A stretch of DNA of 64,000 nt from Octopus vulgaris (Eukaryota), in contig OX597821.1 of NCBI GenBank assembly GCA_951406725.2, positions 53,196,001 through 53,260,000 on the forward strand, written 5' to 3'. Positions 10,371 through 22,620 of the stretch are shown in pieces. A model generated the notes under the pieces. The model did no database searches. It saw nothing but the letters and a program-made list of their open reading frames with translations, and was not told the origin of the DNA. Each line of letters starts with the position of its first letter. Position 1 is the stretch's first letter. The position numbers and the translations under genes were made by a program.

Positions 10371-13300
10371 TATTAACTGCATCGTCCATGTAACTGCTTA
10401 AAACCGAAAAGAATCTATTCAAAATGTGAACTTAGGTTTGCTGTTCAGTTGCTGTAGGTGTTAACAACAATGACAATAATAATCACAAGAACAACAACTG
10501 TTATAGCAATAAATCTGAAGCTAAAGTAAGTTTTATAAGATTATGCATATCAGATAGAAATACTTGAAATCACTCTAGAAAGGAGAGAAGAAGATTATAA
10601 AAAAACAGTTAATTTTAAGAAGAAACACAAATTAAATATGTCAGAGATTTACTTAGGATCTGAAGTACATAACTCCACTTCTTTAAGTTTCTAACTTGGT
10701 ACGTTTTAAACCTTTAACAAGTTGTGTACTTATATACTGGAGTAGTGTTACCCGATAATTATAGAGTGAGAATCAATACATATACAGATAAGCAGCAACT
10801 CTGACTTCTTTTAACTATGTTCACTGAATCGCTGAATTTTGAAAATATTTTTATAGATTTTTCGCAAGATGTTATTGAAATAATTCAATTTCATCGGCAA
10901 ACAGAGATGAATGAATTAGTTTGTTGTATTTTATTTCCTTTTTGACACGTAACTTCCAATACAAAATTCCCATACGGCATATAACTATCATCTCACTGCA
11001 TTTGTTTGTTAAATTAACCTTGCCATGAGGTTATTGTGAAAGCTAATTAAAGATAATTAGTATAGTTTGTAAACCTTTGAAACAAACAGAAATATTTCGT
11101 GAACTGAATAAAAGAAAATAGAATAATTAATTACTAATAAACATCAATCAACTACAAGCAAACCAAAATTAAATAAAATATTATGTAATTTGTCATTAAT
11201 AATCAAAAGTATTTGAAATTTTAAGGAAGAATATTTCCCTCTATATGTATTTTGTTGAAGTTTTGATAATACATGCACACAAGCTAAATACAAAACATGG
11301 ATGTTCAGTGTCAAGACTGCTAACGTCTGTTTCGGAGATTATAATAATTACATGAATGTGATAGTCAACAACTTTAATACTCCCGGCATAGCTTTAATAC
11401 AACACTTTGTTATTATCCACACTGATTGCTATACACTAGTATTGACTAGTCTCCTCCTGATTTCAAGATGGAGAAATCACGTTATTCAATTAGAAATGTG
11501 TATTATTATGAAGTTGTTTCCTTTCCTTTCTTCTATATTCCATTTGTGTCGCTGTCATCGTTTTTAACACTTTACCTTTAGGCATAATTTAATTATATTT
11601 GAAGCCGTTTCATTACCCTGACAGACTGGAGGTAAGAGACGTCAAATTCAATGTAGTTTAGACATAATTATATTTATTATGGATGTGAACAATTTTATTA
11701 AAAAAATATCCCATTAATTCAATTAATATGTAATAAAACGAAAAGACGTAAAGAAGTTAAATAAGATTTAAACACATGACAAATCATAACTATTCTGAAT
11801 GTGGATTAGAGTATTGACTATGAAATGCAGTTATAGTAAACTTATTATGTCTGTCCAATAATGAGCTAGAACTTTGAGTCCTGTCGCTAAACTATCCAAA
11901 TTTTTTGTCTTACCCAGATATCATAATTATGTTGAATAATATAATCTGAAAGTGATCATAGATTATTTTGCTAATCTATATTCCTCGTTAGGTGTCCATC
12001 ATTTATAGGCAATATATTTCGATGTGAGACTGAAGTTTTCCAGATGCTGAGGAATGCTATTTTATTTCTGATAGTCCCTGATCACTTTCTGCCAACAATT
12101 TTCCTGCTATGTTAAATATCAGTACTAGTCATTTTCAGCAAGGAATACTAAATTCGAATCTTATTATAGCTTAGATGAGTGAATTATGTATTTTGATAAA
12201 CGGATTATCATTATGTTGTTTGAAAAAAATTCTTTGAGTTCATCAATAACTAAGCTTTTCTATATATGTAGGAAATCATTTATCATGCTACATTCACTAA
12301 GTGATAAGCATTCAAACCATTTTTCTTTGGCGCTTTTAAATATAACAAATAGTTGTGTTGTTGTTGAGAACGTGGTTACGGGTTCTGTCTTCCTGCATCG
12401 AATATTGTGCAAGCACCTTCTATCATAATTGATGAAAGAAATACTTTTCCCTGTTGTTCGGTGATCATCGCAATCATTTGCTCAGTTTCGCACCATCATC
12501 TTGTTCGTTCGTAGATTATAACCAAGTGAATTATATTGTAAGCTTTCTTGCATTACTTACATTTGACAATAATATCTTCTCATCTTATACACCACTCGAA
12601 TGCCCAGAAGTGCCTTCCCCACTGGAACATTAAGATAAAGATCATATACAAAACTGCACGAAGAGTCTCCAGTTATTTTTTATAATTTTAAGAGCATAAC
12701 TTTCATTTCAAACAACTTGATCAAAATATGTTTGTCAAAAATAAAGAGCCATTTTATATAGCAATATGATAATTTGAGGTGAATATTTTGACTTGGAGTT
12801 AGTCACTATTATGAGAACAGAAATCAGCCACCGTTCAGGAAATAATATTTATAATTAAGTTTATGATCACCAGAATTATGATCTGCATAGTGTATGCATA
12901 TAACAGCTCTGAAATGATTTCTCACTCACACGCGCTCGCGCACGCACACACACGCACTCGCACATGACGTATGTATGTAATATAATTTTGGTGGTATTTT
13001 ATTACTTCGTTTCATCACTGTTGTTGTTTGTGCTAAAATGCAAGTCAACTGTTGTCAAGGAGATCTTTTATTACAAGCATTCTATCCATGCCCGTACCAT
13101 CCTTCCCTCGGAAATTCTATAACTATAATTAATCTATATATTGTTTATATTCTCTTTTGAAGACGATATGTCTTAATTTTTGGCAGTTTGAGTTCTATTT
13201 CTAACAAAATAATGAGGAAAGGTTTCCTTTGATAATTATTTTCAGTTCGTTAAGCATTTTGACTTTTATAGCAAATATATTTGTGTGGATAGTTTGTGTT

Positions 13301-13490
13301 GCTAGCAAGGTGGAGTAATGCAACCGTGATAATCGTAGATGTTGATAGGAAAAATAAGGCATGTGAAACAAAATTTCATAACCAATCAAAGTCAAATCGC
13401 AGCAGAGTCGCAGAAATTTATTATAGTTATAAACGCAGCGATGTCACATTTGAAGATCTCAAATTTAGATTATGATTAATACATTATTTA

Positions 13491-13880
13491 AGGCGGCGTG
13501 CTGGCAGAAACGTGAGCACGCCGGGTGAAACGCTTAGCGGAATTTCATCTGCCGCTACGTTCTGAGTTCAAATTCCGCCGAGGTCGACTTTGCCTTTCAT
13601 CCTTTCGGGGGCGATAAATTAAGTACCAGTTACGCACTGGGGGTCGATATAATCGACTTAATCCATCTGTTTTTGTTTGTCCCCTCTGTGTTTAGCCCCT
13701 TCTGCGTAGTAAAGAAATAGGTATTTCGTCTGTCTTTACGTTCTGAGTTCAAATTCCGCCGAGGTCGACTTTGCCTTTCATCCTTTTGGGTTCAATAAAT
13801 CAGTTGCATGCTAGGGTTGATCTAATCGACTGGCCCCCTCTCTAAAAATTTCGGGCTTTGTGCCCAGAGTAAAAAAGAAT
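13491..13880 (+). mobile_element. Dimeric SINE family B with two different tails
   Basis: Head ggcggcgtgctggcagaaacg, body 1 ending gtagtaaagaaata, junction ggtatttcgtctg, body 2 ending tttcgggctttgtgcccagagtaaaaaagaat. Confidence 0.9.
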
Positions 13881-14445
13881 AGCACATCATTGTTAATAGC
13901 AAATAAGATTGTTGAATCCGATCGAAAGCTTATATTCCGAAACGGAATTTAGTTTCATCGAAATTGGAATTAATATACCAGTAATTAAATGTAGCAGTGT
14001 GAAAAAGATTCCCTTCCAGATAAAAATGTAGCATGATCAGGATTTATGGTACCTAAAATAGTCGACAAGTTGGTAGAAAAGATTGGCAGACAAGTGCATA
14101 GCAAAGACTGCTAATTTTACATTTACTTCTAACTCCGATTTCAAATACCGACGCTATTATACATCTTTCGGGATCGATAAATAAAGTGCCACTTCTTTCT
14201 TCTTCTTCTGTTCTTTCGATTAGGGAAGAAATCTGCAATAGTTGATCTAGTGAGGATGAGATTCTTAGGTCTAAAAACACACAATGCATGTCACAACAAT
14301 GCCTCTGCAACATGATCAGTACTATGTGTCGAAGCTAAGGGGTATAAAAATGTCTTGCTCCCACGTATATTATTTTTCACAAACCTATTCACATTGTATC
14401 AGTATCTGTAAGAGAAATGCGACTCAGTTTGCTACGTGGAATATA

Positions 14446-14511
14446 AAGTAAACGTCGAATCTAGTTAGTACATAGACGGGTGACCGCTTGGGAAACCTAG
14501 GTGCTGTAAGC
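14446..14511 (+). pseudogene. 5S rRNA 3'-half fragment
   Basis: aagtaaacgtcgaatctagttagtacatagacgggtgaccgcttgggaaacctaggtgctgtaagc aligns to the 3' half of metazoan 5S rRNA. Confidence 0.85.
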
Positions 14512-14523
14512 GTCACATATAAA

Positions 14524-14930
14524 GGCGCAGGAGTGGCTGTGTGGTAAGTAGCTTGTTTACGAACCATATGGTTCCGGGTTCAGTCCCACTGCGTGGCACC
14601 TTGGGCAAGTTTCTTCTACTATAGCCGCGGGCCTACCAAAGCCTTTTGAGTGGATTTGGTTGATGGAAACTGAAAGAAGCCCGTCGTATATATGTATATA
14701 TTTTTATGTGTGTGTGTGTTTGTGTGTCTGTTTGTATCCCCACCATCACTTGACAACCGATGCTGGTGTGTTTACGTCCCCGTAACTTAGCGGTTCGGCA
14801 AAAGAGACCGACAGAATAAGTACTGGGTTTACAAAGAATAAGTCCTGGGGTTGATTTGCTCGACTATAGGCGGTGCTCCAGCATGGCCACAGTCACATCA
14901 CTGAAACAAGTAAAAGAGTAAAAAGAGAGT
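14524..14930 (+). mobile_element. Full-length SINE family A
   Basis: Same head, core and tail as 8634-9040. Confidence 0.9.
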
Positions 14931-15864
14931 AATCAACCAAATAGACGATGATTTCTATCCTCTACACCACACTTTTTAAGGTTCTTCGTCAGCTGACATT
15001 CAACAGCTTAATACCACTTTTCGAAATAATCCAGCTCGGTGAAAATGTACTTAGCTTTGTGAAATATTCGTAATATGCCAGCTTTGAAAATTATCGACTT
15101 TCCATTATTTCACAGTTGCGGTGATTAGCCTTCCTGTGTTGTCATAAAACATGGAAACTGTGGGCACATTTGCTATTACATTACCTTATTTCCTATGTGG
15201 GCGCTATTTCAAATGGCTGATAATACTGACATTGTTACAATCTTCGTGTCTATTAATGACACTATTAAAACATATATACTTAATCTTTGTTTATGCTAAT
15301 GGCTACCACATTTTAAGTAGATCCCTCAGGACGCCAATACATTCTAACATATATACCCATTCTTACCTAAGCTAAATTAGATGGAAAATTAATTACCTGC
15401 TAGTTCCTGCTTCCCTAATGGACACATACTTTATCATTACTTCTTAAATACGCTAAAATTAATGGAAGTAATTAACAAACATCATTATTATTACAAATGC
15501 TAATCAAATAAACGCAGTAGGAAATAATAAGCTAGTGCTGAGTATAAGGTCTCTTGAGAAAAGGTGAAGCCCAAACATTTAAAGGTGAAAACTATAAGAG
15601 CAATATTACATACATGCAGACACACGCAAACACGTATGCGCGCGCGCGCGCGTGTGTGTCTATGTGTGTGTGTAGGTGCGTGCGTAAGTAGTTTGGCAGT
15701 TGCACTTCTGATAATAAGATTGTTGCTTCCCGAACCGGGCAATGCGTTGTGTTTTTCAGTAAAACATTTCCTTTCATGTTGCTACAGACCATCCGGTGGG
15801 TACATATGAGTAATCTAGGAACGGACCGACATTTCCTCTTTTTCACATTCTTCTTTCCATAGTG

Positions 15865-18056
15865 TAAGTAATGTTTCAGTATTGATGCAAAACATCTACC
15901 GACATGCTCATCAAAATCCCTTCACCAAATGATCTTAAACTTAGACCAATAATAGCAGGCCCAGCATGTGAGACTCACTGCCTCAGCAACCTCTTAGACA
16001 CACTTCTTAAACCTTTTCTAAAGCACATCAAATGCTACGTAAGAGACGATATAGACATGCTTAACTACCTCCCTAAAACAGTCAATGAGAAAACCCTACT
16101 AGTATCCTTCGACGTAATTAACCTTTATTCAAACATCCCTCACACCCTAGGAATAGAAGCGATCGCTTTCTGGCTAAACAACAACTCCTTTGAACTTCCA
16201 ACTCGCATAAATAAAGAACTCATAATAGAAGAACTTAGATTTATTTTAGAAAACAATTACTTTATTTTTGATAATAATTACTACAGACAAAGATCGGGAA
16301 CAGCGATGAGAACGCGTACTGCGCCTTATTTTGCCAACCTAGTGATGGGATACCTCGAGATAATACTCTACCAAAAAACACTCGAGAAATATGGAAGCAC
16401 TTTCTCCACCTATATCCAGAACAATTGGAAAAGATATCTCGATGACTGCTTCATCATCTGGGATGAAAGTATAGAAAAACTTGAGGAATTTAAAATACTA
16501 TGAAATGGAATAAATGAAAATATTCAGTTCACGATAGATGATAATGAAGAAAAATTGCCATTTTTAGACATCCTCATTAAGAAAGTCGGCAACAAAATAG
16601 AGACAGATATCTATTATAAACCGACAGACTCCAAGCAGTACCTACCCTTTGATTCATGCCATCCAAGACACACTAGAATAAATATCCCTTTCTGTTTAGC
16701 CAGAAGGATTTGCACCATAATATCAGACACAAACACCCAACACACACATCTCCAGGAATTCAGAACTACACTCATAAATAGAAATTATCCACAGCCCCTA
16801 ATAGACAGTGCAATCCAACGAGCACTTAAATTAAGTATAGAAGACCTGAGACAAGCAAAACCAAAAAAGAAAGAAAGATTAAAAACCCTACCCTACATCT
16901 CTACATACAACCCACTTAACAATGAGGCCTCCAACACCATACTAAAAAGCACATCCCTACTCAAGGGAGACCCAAAGATGAACCTAATCCTCCAAACACA
17001 CACCATCATTAAAAGTAAACGGCAACCAAAATCCTTAAAAAAGATTTTAATCCAAGCTAAACCGCACTCAACAACAACCACAAAATCAGCAGTTAGAAAA
17101 TGTGGAAAGACTAACTGCGGAATTTGTGTCATCTTGGTAGAAGGTTCAGAATTCACATTAGAACAAGGCCATCAGTTTACCATCTGAACAAACTTCACCT
17201 GTGCATCAGAAAACTTAATTTACGTGTTAACATGCGCAGGGTGCAATAGTATATAGGCCATACAAAAAACAGCCTACGAAAAAGGATGGCGGTGCATAAA
17301 TCCCATATTAAGAATCCTGAATACAGGAAAATACCAGTCAGCGGACACATAGATAGATGTGCTTCACATAAAAATCCCTAATTCACAACCTTCCCACTTT
17401 ACAAATTCAGTGACAGCGTAACCTTCACTCAACGCCAAAATAAAGAACTTTATTTTATTAGAAAATTCGGACCAAGTTTGAACACCCTGGGCCAGGAACA
17501 GTAAAGCAATACATTGGTCTTTCGAAAAGAAAAATGGAATTCTACCACTACCACCACGTTCACTACTACTGCTGCTGCTATTACTACTACTACAACCACC
17601 GTGGTCACTACTATTACTACTACGATCAACAGTCTTCCACTGCTGCTGTTGCCACTGCCACAGCTAAGCTGCTACTACGACTGCTCCAACCAATCAGCAG
17701 CTGCAACCCCAACTACCACCACCACCACCACCACGGTTACTACTACTACGACCAACAGTCACTGCTGCTACTGCCTTTTCAGCCACTGACCATTACCTTA
17801 GTTCTATTCGAATACATAAGACAACTATTATGCTTACTCCCCACAAAAAACCACCACGTGGATTCTATTGAGACCAGTAAGAAATTATTATGAACTTTTT
17901 TAAATATTTAACTTTTTAAAATATTTTTGATAAGGTTGGTTTTTTCAAGAAGAACCGAAACGTAAAATTTCTATGAAAATAAAAATTTATCTTATATAGA
18001 GGCGTTTTCAAACTTCTTTTTTATAAATATATACCCACTCGTATACGACCTACACT

Positions 18057-18060
<4 letters not shown>
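15865..18060 (+). mobile_element. 5'-truncated Penelope-like element (RT + Cys linker + GIY-YIG), pseudogenised, with a 3' pLTR-like end
   Basis: RT motifs LRPIIAGP, LVSFDVINLYSNIP, QRSGTAM, WKRYLDDCF, MPFLDI, YYKPTD. Linker CGKTNCGIC. Endonuclease NLIYVLTC..YIGHT to a stop at 17502-17504. In-frame TGA at 16501 and 17185 and a frameshift near 17250. 3' region has trinucleotide repeats, an HHR motif and AATAAA, then (TA)n. Confidence 0.95.
17921..17970 (+). ncRNA. Minimal hammerhead motif with a U3-A8 variant core in the Penelope 3' end
   Basis: ATTT-TTGATAA-GGTT...AACC-GAAA-CG-TA-AAAT. Palindromic ACGT stem III, GUA site, weak AU-rich stem I, AATAAA at 17978-17983. Confidence 0.6.
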
Positions 18061-18151
<91 letters not shown>

Positions 18152-18277
18152 GTATATATATGTATATATATATAAGTATAAATGCATATATATGTATATA
18201 TATATATATATATATGCATTTATACTTAAATATATATATATATGCATTTATACTTATATATATATATGCATTTATAC

Positions 18278-18331
<54 letters not shown>

Positions 18332-19864
18332 GTGTGTGTACGCATACGTACATAGACGAGCGTACGTGAATATGAGTCCCTTTTGGGGGTACCTTATTAA
18401 TGATGGAAAATAATGAATGTCAAACTATTACTAAGAACGTGTATTATGGTGACCAAGATATGAAGAAACAAATTTCTTGGAAACCGATTTGAAAGTTTGA
18501 CGATATATATACTTCTGTGTTAGATACACTTGCTTCATTTAATCACTTGTTCTTGTGGAAAAGCTATGAACTTCCTAAATCTCCTGCTATATGGACATCC
18601 AAGGAATATCTGCCATCAATTTGCACTCAGTCATTCAGCCTTGTATACATATATATACATATATACATATATATATAACCTGCAGTTATTTTCTTCCACA
18701 GACCTTGAAAGAGAAATATACGCTGTTGCCTGACGACATGGAAATAGCAGGAGAATCTCCATCACATGGAAGATACAAATTAGCTGACGTTGTCCTACAT
18801 AACCATGAAATGGTTGTTGATGTCTGGAATGCAGTTGAACTGCTCGATTAAGTTTGCCATGGTTAAACAAGAACTCATAGCTTTATATTTCAAATAATTA
18901 TTTATTGATTCTAATGCTCCCCGTTATTTGGTTTCTATTAAATGATAACTCCCCAATCGCTATTTTCATTGCAAACACTACAGTCACAACTGGGATTTTT
19001 GCAATGCATTCATTATAAAATAGATTATCCCTTCTTCCAAACGTTGTAGGAAATCCCCTATCTATTAGCCAAACACTGAAACTATCGTGTACATTAGTTC
19101 ATAGTTGCTGCCAATATCTATGTACTTCAACATCTATTAACAGTTACTACAACATCTATTAACATATGTAACGACGGCTGCATCAGTTAACCCAATTGAA
19201 ATGCTCCAATTATTGTTTTAAGTCCTACAAACCTAATTCTAGCAAATCAAAAGTTATTTGCATATGTAAATTTAGCTAAAATATCGAGAAAGGGATTTCG
19301 TTTTCTGTATTGAAACTCACTGGTCCATGTGGTATAAAAGGATAAAGAAACATGAATAATTCAGATAATCAATCTCGAATAGGTATAGCTAACGTCAAGC
19401 GGCAATAGCCAGTGCATTCTGATTGTCATGTTAATTATCAGTAGCAATATTATCGCTTGTAAGATACATGGAACACAATATTCTCAGTGATGAAAAAGTA
19501 AATATTTCGATAACTCAAAAGAGTGGCATTGAATTAGATAACAAAATAAAATAACGTTGAATGAAAATGTTAAATGGCGATGTAATGCGAAACAACAAAG
19601 CTATTCACGAGGAATAATGATAACAGGGGCAGTTTTAGTGGAATTATGTTATTATACAGGAACTGTTCCAACAACAGTGAGAGAAAGATATTAAATGTAC
19701 ATAAACATACAAGCACATACGTGTATATGTGGGAGTCGCACGTGCCCACACACATACTCATACACAAATTTACATATATGTGTGTGTATGTATATATATA
19801 TTCCTAGTTTGCAGCCATTTAAAAAACACACAAAGACCGTTAGATTCACTTCATTTAAATTTAA

Positions 19865-19985
19865 TTTGTCAACATATTTTCGTCGCTTTGAGCATGAAAC
19901 TTGTTCACTAACTAAATTCCGTGCTGCACAGAATTTTGTCAGTGAACAGGTCGCGGTCTCAAAGCGACGGCAAAATTTTTATAAA
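19865..19985. repeat. Fold-back palindrome (centre 19925) whose arms each carry an HHR-like motif with a G3-C8 core
   Basis: Left arm cgtcgctttgag..tgttcact..aaattccgtgc pairs with right arm gcacagaatt..agtgaaca..ctcaaagcgacg. Confidence 0.75.
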
Positions 19986-20860
19986 CTAATGTTGCAGCAC
20001 ACGATCTCAGTTCAGGTCAATTGCTATGCAAGTACATCTCCGTTATTCTTAGCTTCCCTTTTCAAATTTCTCATAAATGGAGGTCTCTTTGGCCCAAAAA
20101 GAACGCTATTTCTCTGGAATTTAAACGATAACAACAGGGTAATTTTACATATATGTGTGTGTGTGTGCGCGCGTGCGTGTTCGTAGATGCGTGTCTTTGT
20201 GTGCGTTTGTATGCGTGTGTGTATGTCTCCATGTATGAATGTATATATTAATGTACGAAAGCATCTATGTGTGTGTATATATATATATATATATGCATGG
20301 TCATTGGTATAATATCTATATATTAAAGATATGTAAATATTTGACATTGTGTGTATGCCTATATTTGAAGACTTATCTATATGCCTAGACTCAAACTATG
20401 GATGCACAAACTTATCCCAGTGTAAACAAAGAAGTCCTCTGCGAATAGGAAATTTACAAACGAAATCAAAAAAAGCAGTATAATCACACCGCTATAATTG
20501 CAATAATACCAATGCAACGATTTTATCAAACATCAAATATAGTTTAATCTAATGTGACCAAGTAATGGATATATTTAACAGAGGAAATCTCAGAAGATGT
20601 ATTTTTATCTTGAAATTAAGAATGTCAGCTAAGTCAAAGTTAATCATTTCTATATATTATTGACAAAATATATCGGGAAGCAAGAGAGAAAGAAAAGTGC
20701 AGCCGATATATTTTTTGAAATTAATCAATGACAGAAAAAGATATCTCCGATTCTTTTACTTTTATAATAAAAACGCACAATTTTATCTCTTTCAGACCTC
20801 CGTTTCACACGATGAATGCTTCAATCTCATTGTGAACTATTTCTCTGTGTAGGCGTGCCT

Positions 20861-20956
20861 ATGTATGTATGTATGTATGTATGTATGTATGTATGTATGT
20901 ATGTATGTATGTATGTATGTATGTATGTATGTATGTATGTATGTATGTATGTATGT
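20861..20956. repeat. (ATGT)n microsatellite
   Basis: Perfect tetranucleotide run. Confidence 0.97.
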
Positions 20957-21452
20957 CATTATTCAGTTTTATTTCAAGATTTCTTGCAAACAGAGAAAGA
21001 ACCGGTTTCTAACCTAAGTCCAAGGCTCCTTCATTAGAATTTCAACATCAACAGGGTATTTTTGTATCTATTTATGTATGTATATATGTGTATATGTATG
21101 AATGTATGCATGCATGTGTTTATATCTGTTTGTCTGTCTGTCTATATGTGTGTGTGAGTGTGTGTCCGTGAGGCTGTATGGCCTTATGGGTTAGATGTTG
21201 AACTTATGAGCTAGCGAACGTGATTTCATTTCCTACAGAAGGTGGAACGTTGTGTTCTTTATCAAAAAACTTCATCTCATGTTGCTCTGCGATCACTTCG
21301 GCACCTGACGCATAGCTTCCCGTGCACCAGTCCAACATCGATTTGATGGAGAGAGTGAGCTAATGTACAGCACTATAAACAAATCATTTTCGCATGTTGT
21401 TTGGGAAATTCTGAATACCCATACACCATCTTCGAAGGGAGAGTCCAACACG

Positions 21453-21509
<57 letters not shown>

Positions 21510-21514
21510 CACGC

Positions 21515-21621
<107 letters not shown>

Positions 21622-21969
21622 TGCTTGAAGTTTTCTTTTTCTGCCAAGTTAACTTAATTTTCTTTAAGTTATATTATTTACCGTTTTTATGGTATTTTGT
21701 TCATATTCGTGTTGGATCTGTCTTTTCGTAGCTCACAGACAATTGATAGACATCCCTTTGTTTTTTTTTAAACTTTGTTTAATATTTATTTCTATTTTGG
21801 CGGGTTTGATTTGGCCGAGGGTTCAATACTGCTAGAGTCAAGCCCGGAATCTCATGATAACACTGCTGAGTAGAACAAATAGTTCAGTCTCTCTTATTCA
21901 TAAGCCAAGACTGTAAATCCTCAGAGGGCTCTGATATTTGTATGTTTTAATTCACACAGCTGTTTATTC

Positions 21970-22620
21970 CATCGTAGTTGATGTGTTTACCATGGTTCTT
22001 GTTTATTGATTTTGTAATTCATTCTCTTTTAATATTTTCAGTCAGATTCCTCTATTCCAATGGATTTGTAGAAGTCTATGTTTCTAATTTATTTGTTGAA
22101 AGCTGTGGACGAAGAAAATATTTTTGGTATCTATGTTTTTGGTTATGTGTCTGTATGTTCTCTCTTAATTTATGTACTTCTTTTTCTTTTTCTCCTGTTA
22201 TTTCTTTTTCTTTGTTGACAGCTATGCAGGAACGTCTTTTAGATTTCAATGCTCACTTACTATATTTCATTGCATCCGTTGTATCCGTGTCCTTTTTAGT
22301 GTCTCGTGAAATATAGGTTCTATTGTGCTATATTTGTTCGTTTGTGGCTCACTGTTTTGCGTAGCTAGATGTTTTTCATTTTCTTTGTGTGTATCCTTTC
22401 CATAACTTCGCCTATTTCAATTTTGATCACTTTAACCTCACAAAGAATAAATCATCAAGCTCTTTCTAGTTTATCATTTTCTTTCATACATCATATGTTA
22501 CTTTTACGAAGATTACATATATTGGCTGTCGTGCTACTGCACAGAATACACGTTATACATCAATATAGCCATAATTTTCCCACTTTTCTAATTTTTTCAT
22601 CCTTTGGACGTTGATGTTCT
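21970..22620 (-). mobile_element. Possible highly decayed N-terminal remnant of an R4/Dong-type LINE
   Basis: The minus strand is A-rich and coding-like, with a KQEPW motif resembling the R4 KEPWWKRR region. No continuous frame. Confidence 0.3.

Noticed and set aside
16501-17187. Two in-frame TGA codons in the Penelope ORF as possible selenocysteine recoding
   Set aside because: Neither is at a Cys position. The first sits where Leu is expected (IL*NG) and the second aligns with Lys in the 41-42 kb copy (FTIKTNF). A frameshift and another stop follow, so these are ordinary lesions.
18685-18851. Plus-strand acceptor ttcttccacag followed by an open frame
   Set aside because: No good donor, no recognisable protein, and it lies inside a probable repeat.
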